Source of the DNA: Phallusia mammillata
Lineage: Eukaryota
Direction: 5' to 3'
Length of the DNA stretch: 64,000 bases
Assembly (NCBI GenBank): GCA_965637545.1
Contig: OZ281494.1
Location: 1,984,001-2,048,000, forward strand
Shown: positions 39,139 through 53,139 of the stretch, piece after piece
Numbering within the stretch: position 1 is the stretch's first letter
Layout: every line of letters starts with the position of its first letter
Program-made: the position numbers and the translations under genes
The notes under the pieces: generated by a model
What the model saw: only the letters and a program-made list of their open reading frames with translations
Told to the model about the DNA's origin: nothing
The model's database searches: none

Positions 39139-42057
39139 TTTCTTAGATGAAGAAATCCTAATAACAATGCTGTGGTAAAGATTTAAGAGCAAGTAATATG
39201 ACATAAGCTTAGGTTTGCAATATTAAGATATTGCATTATCTCTCTTTCTTTACTATTCACACATTTTGTTAAGTGCTTAATATGATAAGTAATTTCTCAG
39301 TATATTTATTTCATACGTAAACAACACACGTTTTACCACAAGTGTATTATTTGTTATGGTTGTTTGTTGCAAGCCTCGTTTATACAGTGTAAACAGCAGG
39401 AAGCAACCCGCGGTTATCATAGATGGCAGATACGCAACTTATGTGACTCACTGCACGAACTTTAGACGCGATTGTTACTTTTCAGTTCAATGGTTATAGT
39501 ACTTTCGTATCTTTTGTATGCATAACCCTTTCATGCTAGACAAAACGCATTGATGATCTGCGAGCTTAACATAAACGTTTGACTGCTGTTATTTACAACG
39601 TTTAGATGAACTGACTGAAAACTGTAAAACTTTTGGTCAAAAAATGGAAGTAATAGCGATATGCTTAATTCTATTTACCGTCTGATAATTAAGTTTGTCG
39701 CTTCATTATTATTGCCATATGTCCGATGCCGAACTGAGTGAATCATGCTACGGAAAAATAAAGCAGGCCTAAATGCTTCGAGGCGATAGGTGTGGGGGAA
39801 ATCCAAACACAAATATTAATTACAAATAATATGCGACGCCTCGTTTGCTGCGGTTTCAGTTGCAATGCATTTTGACGGGGGGCGAAAAGAACATGTGGAA
39901 ATTTTTACTTAATTAGGTTGCACATAAGTTTGTCCCTAAACGAACAAAGGAATCTCTGTATTTATCCGAACCGCCTTTACAACATTTAAGTGTCATCCAC
40001 TCAGTTGACTATCTGTGTTGCTTTCAGGCGTACGTGACGACGGGTTTAGATGCCCTTCAGCGCCAACTGATGGTGAGTATCCAGTCACATCTTAATTCAG
40101 TGGTTCGAAAATTTTGTCGGTTGAACAACCCAAAACAAAGTCACGACTAACAGTCAAACAAGAAATTTAATGATAGCAAAATAATGATTTAACCGCACAC
40201 ACGGGTTTGGCTTTGGAGCTCACTGACGCGAAGCAGACAACACAACTAGCGCTACGTCACGGGAGGGGCTGCGCGAGCCACAGCCCCCTCTCACCTATTT
40301 CGCCCGGCATGTAGCTTTTCCATGTGCGCATGTGCACAACTGAATACGTCATGAAACGTCACGAAACTGGAGCTGCAGCTCCGCCATAGATAACTTATTA
40401 TTGTTATTATTTAAAAAAAAAAATTAAATAATACAAAATTTTTATTATTTTAATAAAATGCCATAAAAGTTATTCTTAGTATACACTGATGAAACATAAA
40501 AAAACTATATGTAAAGATTCTTTTGTATAACAACTTGAAATAGGAATGTCAAGTAAAAATACTGGGGTGCTGCAGCTCCGCAGCCCCCTCGCACCAGCCG
40601 CCCCTGGTTCTAATTGATTTGGGGCTAAAATCGTTGCCTTGTTTTAGTAACTTTAGCCTCAGGGATAGAACCGTGTGATCAAATGACGACATTCAATTGG
40701 GGTTGGAGATAAGTCCCGAACAGACCTATTTTACATTCAGAAGTGTTTTTAACAACAAATGTAGGACATGGCTATGGGCTTACCTTTCGTCATGACACTC
40801 TTTTTTGCATGGAGTAAGAAAGACTTGTGTTCTTGATTCGGATATTTCAATAACGCCTGATGTCAAACTTTGTTCATGTATGTACAGTTCATATCCGAAC
40901 ACCCTTTGAACCTAAACATCTCCGTTGTGAAGGCCTTACTCAACCGAGATTCACAGAAACCATCCCATCCCAGCACACAGGCTATTGGCTCGCTCCCATA
41001 AATTCCTAATGTAACCAATTTTGAATTAGGACCTAATTAGATTAGGAATTAATTTTGAATTTGGTTTGGAGACACACTAGGTGTCGATCAAGCGCTTCAC
41101 ACAATAAATACGTTCGCGTCGGCTCCAGTTTTCATTTTTTTGTTGACCAACGTTGCTATTGGGGGCGTAGGAGTTGCTGTGGTGACATGTTTTACTTCTT
41201 TATGATTATACGGTTTCCAGAGGTAGCTTCATGAATTGTTTCATTCAAGTAGCTTGGATAAACCATGAAAAGGTGGCAGTTTTCTGCAGGTCTTTATCAC
41301 CAACATTATTGCGTTCATTTTGGGTAACTTTACAACAATATCCAACAACTCAAAATACTCCAGATCGATTAAAGGCATCTAAATTGTCAACCATTTTAAC
41401 ATGAAAAGGTTTGTGCAGGAAACATCTAACCCGCAGTGGGATTTACCACGACAAGGGCCGATGTGGGAATCGTACAATACCAACATGTCAGTTTCATGGT
41501 AGGGAATCGCGATCAATGACACATTATTTTTTGACTTGCTTGTCCGCAATCACTAGCTTATTTTCGGACACGTTATTTCACAAAATTGAAACGTTATTAA
41601 TTTTGGTTTAAACACCCACATTGAAAAAGGTTGTTCCAAACTCGGATGCTGAACAAATGAAAAAATCATTATTTACCGCGTGCAAAGGTTGTTCATCGCT
41701 ATATATCATGCCGTGTAATACAAAAAATATTCACAAAAGCTGATAACTATAAACTTACAAAAGATTGCACAATGTTGTCCCTTGACATAAATCTCTTAGA
41801 AGTTGCGAAACAAATTGTTCCTCTTTTTGGAAACTATCCCGATTTATGCCATTGTTTATAGATTCACTTTCTGTTGTTTGTGTTGAACTGTTGGTTTTGC
41901 GACATGGACTTTCACATCCTGCGTGAATTGTGTTTTGAAACGTGTAACTGAGACGAAATCGGAGGTGCGTGATGACATCAGATGGTCTTTGTTTCAGAGG
42001 CACGTGGGTATTTGTGACGAAACATGATACACAACGGGAGGTAGCTCGACCAAAATC

Positions 42058-42521
42058 TATATAAAACACAAGTTGTCCAACCTATTGTTACGCAATAAAG
42101 CCTATGGAGCCATTTTGTGTCCAAAATGATACAGCGGGTATGGAAAAATAACACATAAATTGTCTGATTTTTACAACAAGGAGAGCTTAGACGCGAATTT
42201 GATTAGCCAAATTGAATGAAAATTTCGGGTTCTAACATTTCAACGCATTATTAAAAGCTAAACTGCTGTTTTTCATGTAAATTTGGCTGCTTAATTTTCA
42301 TGTGAACTTTAAATATTTGCGTTCAGCGAACATTATCACGCTCAAATGTTACAACTCAAAAGCTTTATTCGATTTGGCCTCAAATTCGCGCCAACCAGTT
42401 TGTAAACATCATACAATTTATGTGTTTTTCCCTATACCCGCTGTATTAATTTGGACACAAAACGACGTCCATGCGGCTCTATCGCGTAACAATGGGTTGG
42501 ACTACTTGTGTTTTGTATATA
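42058..42521. mobile_element. Foldback/MITE with long imperfect terminal inverted repeats
   Basis: tatataaaacacaagttgtccaacctattgttacgc... at 42058 is the reverse complement of ...gcgtaacaatgggttggactacttgtgttttgtatata at 42521; arms are roughly 160 bp. Confidence 0.75.
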
Positions 42522-44718
42522 CTTTGAGTTCGACATGCCAGAGCGAATTTATGAATGGAAAAGTTTTGAAAGCGAAAGAGAACCAAAAAGTATTTAGGTT
42601 CTAAGCTGTTACCAGCATACTTAACTGCAATTCTGTGTTAGATCTCAATCCAGTTTCCTACATTTATACACGTATAATAAACCTACATTGCTATTCAACA
42701 GCCAAACCTGTAGGCTTCCAGACACAAATTACTACATACACTTATTACATACTTTGAATACGATACAAGCTTGAAACTAGCAATGGTTTGTTTTTGCAGA
42801 GTGAAAAAGGGAATTAATATATTGCAACAGTCTGATCACAAAGAACGTTTGTGTGTCTTGTAGGCTGGTTGTTTCTACTGAGAGATTTCGGACTTTGTCA
42901 AGAAATATTTGCGTGATGACAAAACTGAAGCGTCAGTTTAGAAACGTCAAAGTTTGAAAATTCGCATCGATTATTTTTCTTAAACAATAAATTGTGCAAA
43001 AGTAAATTTGCTTTTTATTATGACATTTGCACCATAGAGTGGCGGAATAAAAAAGAATCTTCAAAGGTCTAGATGCAAAGATACCAAAGTGTTTAGCATT
43101 TATTATCCAATTTGGTTTGGATACACACTAAAAAAGCTTCATGAATCGTTTCTTATAAGTGGTAAATCAAAAGGGTGGCAGTTGCCTGTAGGCCTTCGTC
43201 CCCCAACATTTTTGCGCTTATTTCTCATAATTTTACAACAATACCCAACACCAACATCTCAAAGTACTCTAGGTTAATTAAAGGCTTAATACTAAAAAAG
43301 GTCAAAATTTCAACCATTTCACATGAAAAGGATTATGCTGGAACAATCTGTCTTGCAGTGGAACTCATACCCACGAGAAGAGCCGCTGTAGGACTGATAC
43401 AATAGCAAAGGACAGACTCAAGTCAGTTTCGTGGTAGGGTCAGGGAGTTGCGACCAATGACACATATCATTGTTTGACTTGCTAGTTCGAAATAAATATT
43501 TTTTTTCGTGAACAACTTTGTCACATTAAAACATTCTTGAAGTTGTTTTAAATAACCACGTGAAAAAAGGTTGTTTTATACCCGGATGCAAGAGAATTAG
43601 TGTTTAAATCAGTAAACTATTACACTGGCAGTTTTCTTGTATAATTACTGCTTGCAAAGATTACTGATACCATAAAGTACACTATCTGAACTATTCACAG
43701 CTGACAACAATAACCTTTAATAGATTGCGCAATGTTGCCTTGACAAGAAAAAATTGAAGTTACGAAAGAAATGGTTTCCGTATTTAAAAAAAAACTATTC
43801 CGATCCACGTCCTACTTTCTCGAACCCTTTTCTCCATTGTTTGTGTTTCGCGATTGGTAGTGCGATATTTGGTTACTCGGCTGTGTATCGCATAGGGAGA
43901 TAAAAATTTCTCTCAGTATTGTTTCGTTTAATAAACAAAGTATTTTTTGTGTTCGGGCAAGACAAGAACCCGCTTTACAACGGAAAGCAGGACATTAAAC
44001 TTTCGTTTCATTTTGTACTTTTTTTTGTTAATTCGTATCTTTATTATCACAGTCACAAATAGTGTGACGTATACTTGCCTAAGCATCAGTTTTTTTCTTG
44101 GTTTGCACCGTTTGAGTTTGTAATCGTGAGCTACAGTACTTTGTGTTTCTACCATCCTATAAACAACCGTTAGCAGTTACGTTAAAGATTGTATTTGTAT
44201 TCATAAAAATGCACACAACTTCGTTAAATTCGTTTACCGGAGTTTAAATAATGTATTTCATGTCAGGCGTGGTATTCTTTCCAAAACATGTCATTGAGAC
44301 CAAATCCGAGGTACGTGGCGTCGTCAGATTGTTTTTGTTTCAGAGACACCTGAGTAACTGTCACGAAACGTTATACCACACGGAGGGAAGTTAAATATAG
44401 GATTTGTTCAAACTTTGTGCAGTAATTCTGTTTTAGAGTAACTTGGTTTTTATTCAATTAAAATCTTGCAGTCATGATTGTGAGCGATTATGAGCAGTGA
44501 TTGAGTTTTTGATGAGGTTAAGTGTAAGTTTAAATAAAAAGGGATTCTACACTGACAATAAACTGGGTCACATTTCTGACGTAAATGAATGATTAGACAT
44601 CAAATTTTTAATTCGTATGTTTTCACCGCTGTTTGGTTTTCTAGTTTGTCGTACTGATGGATGTATTTACAAAATATTTTAAATTATTGAACAATAAGCA
44701 ATCCGCTAAAGTTTGACA

Positions 44719-47219
44719 ATGAGCGTCGTTGTTGAAATCCCAACGTTCCATCGTTATGAACTGGAATGTATGTCTGGAACTTTGATTGAATGTCACGACA
44801 ATGTGGTACTGTATGAAGCAAACCATCCGGAATTGGGGGCAAATCATATCAAAAGATTTCGTTTAAGAGCTGCGCCCGAGTGGAAAATAAACAAAAGCAA
44901 TAATGTGTTAGTATTAATTTATTTTCAAATCACTCAATTAAGCCGGCTTCGATAAATTCCCATGTGAGGGGTTAGGCTTTTGGATACCTTGTGACCCATG
45001 TTTGGGAGACAGGTTGAATTATATGTTTGTAGAGGTTTACACTGGTCTACATAAAGGCCTTAAGTATGATTCCAGAATTAGTGCTGTACATAACACAGTA
45101 ATTTGCTTGCTGCTTTCAAAAACAGTTCCTGCATTTGTATGCTAATTATACACATCAACAATTTTAAGTAAATTTGCTAACCTATTTTTTATTATTACCA
45201 AGTTATAACTTTTAATATTTTTGCAGTTTAAAGAGAGAAATGAAGATATTGGGGTATTGTGATCACCCAAACATCCAGAAATGCCATGGAAAAATTCGAT
45301 GGTCATCTCAATCAGTCGGAATCATGTTAGAACCAACAAAGGAAGGAAAACTCCAAGATCTCCTGCAGGGAGAACAGGATGTTTGTTGGGATGAAAGATT
45401 TCAGATTGCCAGGGGGATTGCTGACGCAATCAGTCACCTACATTCTAAATCCATAGTTCACAATGCTGTTCGGACTGAAAACGTGGTGTTAAGCGAAACA
45501 AATGAGGTAACGGTTTAACCTTAATGTTGAAGCCTTTCATTTGTCATACATAGCCGTGGGAATTTTAAAATCTTACAATTTTATTTGTTTGCTTCCCATT
45601 CAATTTATCACATTGGACGGTTTTTTTTCGATATGAGGTCTTTTTAAGTTATGTGACATCTAATTTTACTTCAAACGTCTACTTTGTCAGGTGAAGCTTA
45701 CAAATTTCAGCTCCGCACGAGTGATCAAAAATCGTTCCCCTTCAATGGAGTCACTTAACAGAAAACAAAAAGACTCAAAACCTGATTTCTATTCTGAACC
45801 TGAACTCCAACTTAATCAATTCACCACTAATGAGCCCAAGTGGGAAACTTGGATGGACGTGTACAGGTAACGGATATGTTTGAAAAAAATTTCCATGTTG
45901 CTAAAACCAAAGCAATTTAATCGTTACAGTTATGCCATGGTGCTGTACGAACTGATTACCAGAAGAAAAATCTTCGAAGATGAAAAACCTCCCTGTATTT
46001 TCGATATTTTGGTTAATTTCAAACGACCAAGTCTAACACCAGTCAACAAGGTGTTGGAATCATTGACACCGGATTCAGAGGACTTTAAGACTTTTAAACT
46101 TCTGCAGAACATTATGGAGCGTTGTTGGCAAAAAGAACCAGAACAACGACCAACAATGAGTGAAGGTGGCGTTTGGTTGCAATTCATTCTGTCCTTTCTT
46201 CTTTCAAACAAATATTTAACATATTCAAAAATGTGTGCAGTTTCAGAAGCGTTTACGAGATTTGTCACAAAACGAGCAGAAGAAGCCCGGAAACGAAATG
46301 CTGAAGCGACACGTGACACAAGAGATGCAGATGTATTCCTGGGTTTGGACAAGGAGGCGTTTGATGCTACGAAAATAGGTTTGGGTTTTACAAAATATTC
46401 AACAAGATAAAACATTCTTGTATTAAAACGACCTATAGAATCGGCATAATTTCTAGGAATATAAATAAAAAAGGAAACTTATCTTATCAGCCCAAGTAGA
46501 AATCTAAATGCAATTTTCTTGATTATTTTTTGCATTGTTTTATGTCTAATGATTATAAGACTCTAATTCAACACTCAGGTTACATGCTAGTGTTCATACA
46601 CAAGATAAACGTTTTTATAGTCGCATATATTTCTTACTGATATCAAAGATTTGTTTTGCAGATGACCTTATGGCAGAAAGTAGACGCCACAAAGAATGTT
46701 GCAACTGTAAGTTTTATTAAGCTTAAATCACTGTTGTTACAATTCTTTTTGCGTTTAAATCCAAGTGGCTCTTACAAATTATGCAATGTAAATGTCTCTA
46801 CGCCAAAAAACTTATCGATTTATGTTTGTTTGACAGATTGCAGGATTTCCGCACGCAGATGTAGCAAGATTTGTTGCGAAAATGATTGGTCTTCGTGTAT
46901 TTTTAACTTTTATGCTCTGTATCTGATCAGCTATGGTATTATAACTTTGCTTAGTGGTTTTGTTTGTGCGTTTGTTGGTGCATTTACGGATTCACAGGCT
47001 TGCTTCAAAGGAATTGATTCGATTGTACTGTTGGTAATGATCGGATTGGTAGTTTTTGTGCTTATCATGATAGCAGTTTTGTTAATTCAGATTTTAATCC
47101 AAGTCTTTTATTGCCTGGTAATTACTTTAAAATGGTTGTTTTTCACTTGCATTCCCAAATTAACTCAAATTTTGTTCCTAAGAAACGAACAAGATATTGA
47201 AACAGGATTAGAACCCTAA
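44719..47219 (+). CDS. K1: RIPK/TKL-like pseudokinase with C-terminal transmembrane helices (~481 aa)
   Basis: Exons 44719-44906, 45227-45506, 45691-45866, 45930-46165, 46241-46378, 46662-46706, 46837-47219, total 1446 nt, open. Kinase motifs HPNI, W.ERFQIA.GIA.A.S.LH, DVYSYAMVLYELIT, CW..EPEQRP. HRD is replaced by HNA, DFG by NFS, and there is no Gly-rich loop. Two long hydrophobic segments in the last exon. Confidence 0.82.
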
Positions 47220-48012
47220 TCTTGTGAGAAAAGTTTTATTAACAAATTTTGTGCTGTGCTGCGGTATTCCACGTATTTAACTTGTTAATATTTATATACG
47301 TTGTTCTGCTTTTGAAATCTATACGTTAGTTCTTTGGTTTGTAAATGGAGTTTTGTTTGGAGTTTTGGAATATATCGTGTGATACCATATATTGTTGCGA
47401 TAAAACGCCGCATGTACTGCAATAAAAGTAGTTCCTTTGCCAGTTTTGAAACTATTCTTATCACACTGAAAAATAACAGACCTGCATTACTGATTCCAAA
47501 GTTAGTGCAATTTAAAAGAGATTTTGTTCATAGTTTAAACAGTTAAAAAACTTTATTTGGCATTTTTTAATTGATAAAGCATGGATGTGTTTAACTTGCC
47601 TCAGTAATGTTACTAGTGTCCGAAAACTGACGTTTTATCAATACACCACAGACACGAGTTTACGTGATGAAGGTAACGTTGAACCGATTTGACGTAATCG
47701 AACCTTGTGCCCGTAAGCAACGCCGTTTCGGCAACAAATACGTGCTTGGTAGGTATTGACATAGTTAGTGGGTTAAGTTTAAAGCGTAATAAGGAAATTT
47801 TGTGTGACGTGTAAGCTGGTGTCTTTCAACTGATGGATTATGTAAATACATTTGTATTTAACGAGTGCTAAACTTCTTTTCTGGTTGGTGGCGAAATTCC
47901 GGTTGCCATGACAACGCTAAAAGCACATTTAAATTTACTTTGTTCGTAAAAACAGATCCACGCATAAACTTGATATGCTTTGTAAATTTATTCGAATACA
48001 TTAATGCGTTTT

Positions 48013-48163
48013 CGCGTAGTGAGCGGTGAAGTCGACAGCAAGACCGACTGCAATCGAAATCGTCACCGAATCTAAAGCGTTCAGTTCCCAACCGAGCAGA
48101 ACCAATGACGCAGCTGTGACGAAAATGACGCACGCAACAGAGAGGTTCGCGAACAACGCGATG
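48013..48163 (-). pseudogene. disp: 150-bp fragment of dispatched last exon
   Basis: Near-identical to ~53580-53732 ([27 protein letters not shown]...[11 protein letters not shown]). Confidence 0.8.
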
Positions 48164-49052
48164 TTTCATGTATTTAGCTCATATCGCAGAGTTTTAAGGG
48201 TATTAATTTCCAGGATGGAAAAGGGTGGATGGTTTGTTAATAGTCTGAATATTTGGTTAACATTTAGTTGATTCAGTTGAATTATTACATTAGTACCGTA
48301 GTGAGCAGAGCTTTGTTTGACAATTTGAAGAAAAAAAGAATGAATGTCTTAAACTTGCTTCTGGACAGCCTACTTGTTTTGTTAATACTGAACTGATACT
48401 ATTTCACGTGATAGAGGAAGCGTTGAACACAGGTCGCATTCGAACTTGATGCGCTTGAACAACTTTGTTTTGTCAACACATACGTAGACTGGGGTGATTT
48501 TCACACATGTGGCACTTTGGGTAAAATTTCAAGCGTGAAGAGGAACCATTGCGTTGCGTGTAGGCTGAAGTTTTCTACTGAGCGATTTCAAGCTTGTCGA
48601 GAAAAATTTGTATTCAAATACCGCAACTATAATTGTTAGGGTTTGATAGTAAAAATTGGATGTTTATGCTAGACCTAAAGTTGCTTTGTTTGTTTTAATG
48701 TTTTGATCAAAAACTGTCAAAAGGATCACAATAAAGTGGGAATGATTTTCTAACGTCTTGCGATTACGTTTATTCTTTTGTCGTTTCTAAATTGATCAGC
48801 TTCAAATATTTAGTTTGTTTGAATGCCGAAACATAGCCAGGTTGGACACCACTGTCATATGAAACAGAAAATGTTTTCACTCGCATTGTAATGTGTAATT
48901 GATAATTAATCAACCTGTTGGAAGAGTAACAGTCTGCTACAACAGCTTATTTATTGGTCTGTAATATATTTAGATTTTTAAAATTTAACGATCGAACTAG
49001 TCAGTGTAACGAAAAACCGATATGGAAATCTTGTAGTTATTGAACGTTGGTG

Positions 49053-51194
49053 ATGAGTGCCATCGTTGAAATCCCAACGTTTCATCGTTATGAATTGGAA
49101 TGTATGTCTGGAACTTTGATTGAATGTCACGACAATGTGCTACTGTATGAAGCAAACCATCCAGAATTGGGAAATGTTATAATAAAACGATTTCGTTTGA
49201 GAGCTGCACCCGAGTTGAAAATAAACAAAAGCAATAATGAGTAAGTATAAACTTTGTTGGTTATTTTATACACCACAGAATGCCACACCCAGGAGAGGCG
49301 TTATACTGAATCAGTCAGGTCTCTCAATTATTTCCATGTGGCAAGGCGTGGGCTAGAAAAATCTAAACTGCAGTGGGATTCGAGCCCACGACAGGAGCCT
49401 GGCTTGTATGCTTCAGAAATGAGTTTAATTGGGAATTTCACCAACGATGAGCTTGGCGAAATGTAAATATTATTTGTGTGACCCGTGTATACCGATTTTA
49501 ATTCAAGAATTATAATTCTTGTCTAAAGTTTAGTCAGTGAGCTGTTGATTTTTATTTCTGAAAGCCGATAATCTCTACTTGTATTTCAAAACACATAAAG
49601 CATATTACTATCATGCTTACTAATCTTACATCATGTTACCTTTCGTTCAATGAAATATTTTAAGCATGTCATTACATATCAAAACGCAATTTTGCAGTTT
49701 AAAGCGAGAAATGAAAATATTGGAATATTGTGATCACCCAAACATCCAGAAATGCCATAGTAAAATTCGATGGTCTTCTCAATCGGTCGGAATCATGTTG
49801 GAACAATCTGAAGGAAATCTCCGGGATATTTTGCATCGAGAAAACGAACTCACTTGGGACAAAAAATTACAGTTTGCCAAGGAAATAGCTGATGCGCTGA
49901 GCTACTTGCATTCTAAATCTATTGTCCACAATGCTGTTAGGACTGACAATATTGGACTAACCGAAGCAAAAGAGGTAATGTTTACATCTCATTGTTTAAA
50001 CGCTTTTTTGATGCCAAACATGACAAAGCATAACACTTTGTCTAATGTACCGTATTTTACGGACCATAAGGCGCAAGTTAAATCCTTATTTTTCCCTCGT
50101 AAATTGATCGTGCGCCTTATAAGCCGGTGCGCTTTATGGTCCGTAAAATACGGTAACTAAATATTTATTAGTCTCATGTTATTTGGTTCAACATATAACA
50201 CCATACTTTGCTATGAATGCACTTTAGGTGATGTAAAATCCTCCATTATTTTAAACATCAAGTTTTTCAGGTCAAGCTGACCAATTTTAGCTCAGCACGA
50301 ATGATTGAAAATCGTTCCCCTTCAATGGAGTCACTAAGCAGAAAACAAAAAGATTCAGAACCTGATTTCTATTCGGAACCCGAACTCCAACATAGTCAAT
50401 ACCTCACTACTAAAGGCAACAAGAACCAGAAAAACGACCAACAATGAGTGAAGGTGACTATTGGTTGAAGCCTTTTAGGAAAACCCTGTTACTAGTTTGT
50501 TCGTTTCATGTTGTAAATAGCATGGTATTTTTAGAAATGTCAATTTGCACAATTTTTGAAACAACTGATTTTACACATTTAAAGAGTTCCAAGATCGTTG
50601 AACAAACATTGTTTTTTTAGTTTTGCGGGAGTTGGCCTTGTTCGCTTCGAAACGAGCAAAAGAAACTCGAAAAAGAAAAAATGAGACGACACGTGGTGAC
50701 AAACGAGATGTGAAAATATTTCTCGGTTCGGTCAACAAGGCTTGCGACGTAACAGAAGAAGATTCACGTTTCGCACACAATCCAAGTCAAAAAATTTCTG
50801 CCTCAAGCCGAACTGCAGGAACGCCAGTCGGTGGAAGCCTAAACGGTATGAGTTGTAAAGCTTGGTGACGATTGCGAATAATAGATTGCATTATTGCGAT
50901 TTTTATTGTTTAAAAATGTTAAATAAAACCTATTTTGCAGATCCACCACCGAAGTATGAAAGTCGTCAAAGAAGTTGCTTGAAACAAATATGCCAATCGT
51001 TTTTGTTAATGGTTCAGCTGTTTGCTCTATTCATTTGGTGCATTATTGTGTTGTGTTTTGGCTGTTGGGTTTTGTGGCTGTTTATCGGCGGGTTCTGGGT
51101 TTCTCTCGATGGTCCATTAACGATTTACGACTATGTTTACATGTTTAATCTATTATTTGCAGTTGTAATAGCATCTTTGTGTTCAAAGGAGTAA
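49053..51194 (+). pseudogene. K2: pseudokinase paralogue with frameshifting internal deletion
   Basis: Exons 49053-49240, 49698-49974, then 50271 onward, fused at ~50419 to the end of exon 4 out of frame (TGA 50445-50447). Downstream exons 50621-50845 and 50941-51194 (TM) remain. Confidence 0.78.
50048..50155. mobile_element. Tc1/mariner-pogo-type MITE in K2 intron
   Basis: TA-CCGTATTTTACGGACCATAA ... TTATGGTCCGTAAAATACGG-TA: perfect TIRs with TA TSD. Confidence 0.8.
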
Positions 51195-53139
51195 TACAGT
51201 ATAATGCAGTTATGGGTTCGTGGTGATCCATCTCTCCGACCACAAGCATCGATCCGCAAATACATTCTGTTGTACGCAATCACCAATAACATTGCGATTA
51301 ATAGCACTGAAATAAAAAAACGCGCACTATCGGCACTAAAGTCTATATTTAAGCTAACTTTGTTAATTTTATGTTCATAATTGTGTGTTAATTTCACGGT
51401 AGGCTTATTTTATAATCTCCTTCTGTTTGTGAGACGAACCTGACTTGCTGTAAAGTTTACTAACTAAAATCCACCGGTTTAAAATATGAATCGTGGAGTA
51501 TATAGTGTATTGCAGTTACCAATAAGCCCAAATATCATACCAGTGACTTTTGGTTACATGAACGTTTTATTTTGTTATCGTCACATTTAAAGTTATTGAC
51601 CTCAGTTGCTATTTGTCCCTGTTTAACACCTTCTACCAGTTATGCCATCATCACCTTTCCACTATCTATACGGTATATTCACATACGATATTAGAAGCTA
51701 CTGATATCTCTCTTAATTATTTCTAATTAACTTGTCGTCAGCCTAAGACGGTGTTTTCTCGGTGGGAAAAATAAGTAGATAACTCAGACAGCCAAACACT
51801 TGAAAAGTTGTAAAAACAGTCAGACCAACCCCTGCAATATAACAAAACTTAATGCTGTATTCAAACAGAATAAGTATATACCTCTAAAACAGTGTTTCAC
51901 CACCTACTATAAGTTGTCATAACACTAACAAACTACGGTTTTGTTTGTGCAACAGAAATAGATTTAAAATTTCTGTAATAGCTAGTAATAGAGATCACGT
52001 TTGACAACATAAAAGAAGTTCTAGATTTGCTTTTTGTCGTCAAGCTTTAAACACGTCCAGTGATATTGCCACTCCTGAAAAGCATTTCTCTAAAGGGAAC
52101 TTCAGAAACGACACAGTTTTCTCCCACGAACCAGCATTCGAAAACAATAATCTAACATACTAAAACAGACTTGTGTTTTTAAAGTTCCGTGTATTTGGTC
52201 ACTTTAAGCAAAAACTGGAGCGACATAAAACTTTAGTTTGAGCGAAACAGTGTGAAAAACGCGATAAAATATATTCAACATATGCAGTAAGCACTTGTAA
52301 TGTAAGCTTGCTTAATTCAACACAAATATTTAGGTATTGCACTCAAATAAAACAATACAAAAAACGTCTCCACTCAAAAGCAATTGAACAGAGAAGGAAA
52401 TCACACCCAATTTGAAAACAGGGGGGAATATATTTTCATAATGGCTGTATACTTGAACGGTCAGGTTAAAACGACTAAACACCAATAAGTGATATTTACG
52501 ACATGCACTGTTTGGATGTTACAAAAAAGCTGCTTCGAAACTTATTTAAATATTATGAGAAAGTTCTTTAACACTGGTAGCATCCAAACAATGCAAACCA
52601 AGACAGTAAAAATATAAAAAGGAGTTGTGGTGTTTTTGATCGGAAACAAATCCAATGTTCCAATTCAAATGTTTGACTTCAAGGCAAAGTGTTAAGAAGT
52701 GATGTTGTTATGTGATAGGTAAATGAGAAATCGGTATCTTTCAGGGGCGGAATTATTAAAATGTAGAAAACAGTTTGTGGTCGTTTTTCACAATTTCTTG
52801 ATTGGTTACAAGAAATATCTGAAGACAATTAAACACATATTGGCTGAGCGGAACGCGAGTCGACACCATTTCAACTTATTTAATAAACGAAAATAGAAAA
52901 AGGGATATTTTTCACTTTGTCCAAAGTGTGGCAAAACAGTGGCTTGTTTCAGATATTTGACTTGCATGGGTGGCTTCAAAGTATGTTTCAAAAAATATCT
53001 GATGCCATTTCAAGTCAAATCACTTTAACTCCACCATTCCACTAGAGTTTGTTCTTTTGTGACGTCGACAAACACATTTCGTCTTCATGACGACCCGCAT
53101 TCAATATATCATATATCCAGATGTGACATCACCATCCCG

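Noticed and set aside
49370-49395. tRNA T-loop-like GGGATTCGAxCCC motifs (also ~57186) and a tRNA-like stretch at ~4980-5060
   Set aside because: No complete cloverleaf; probably SINE remnants, too weak to call
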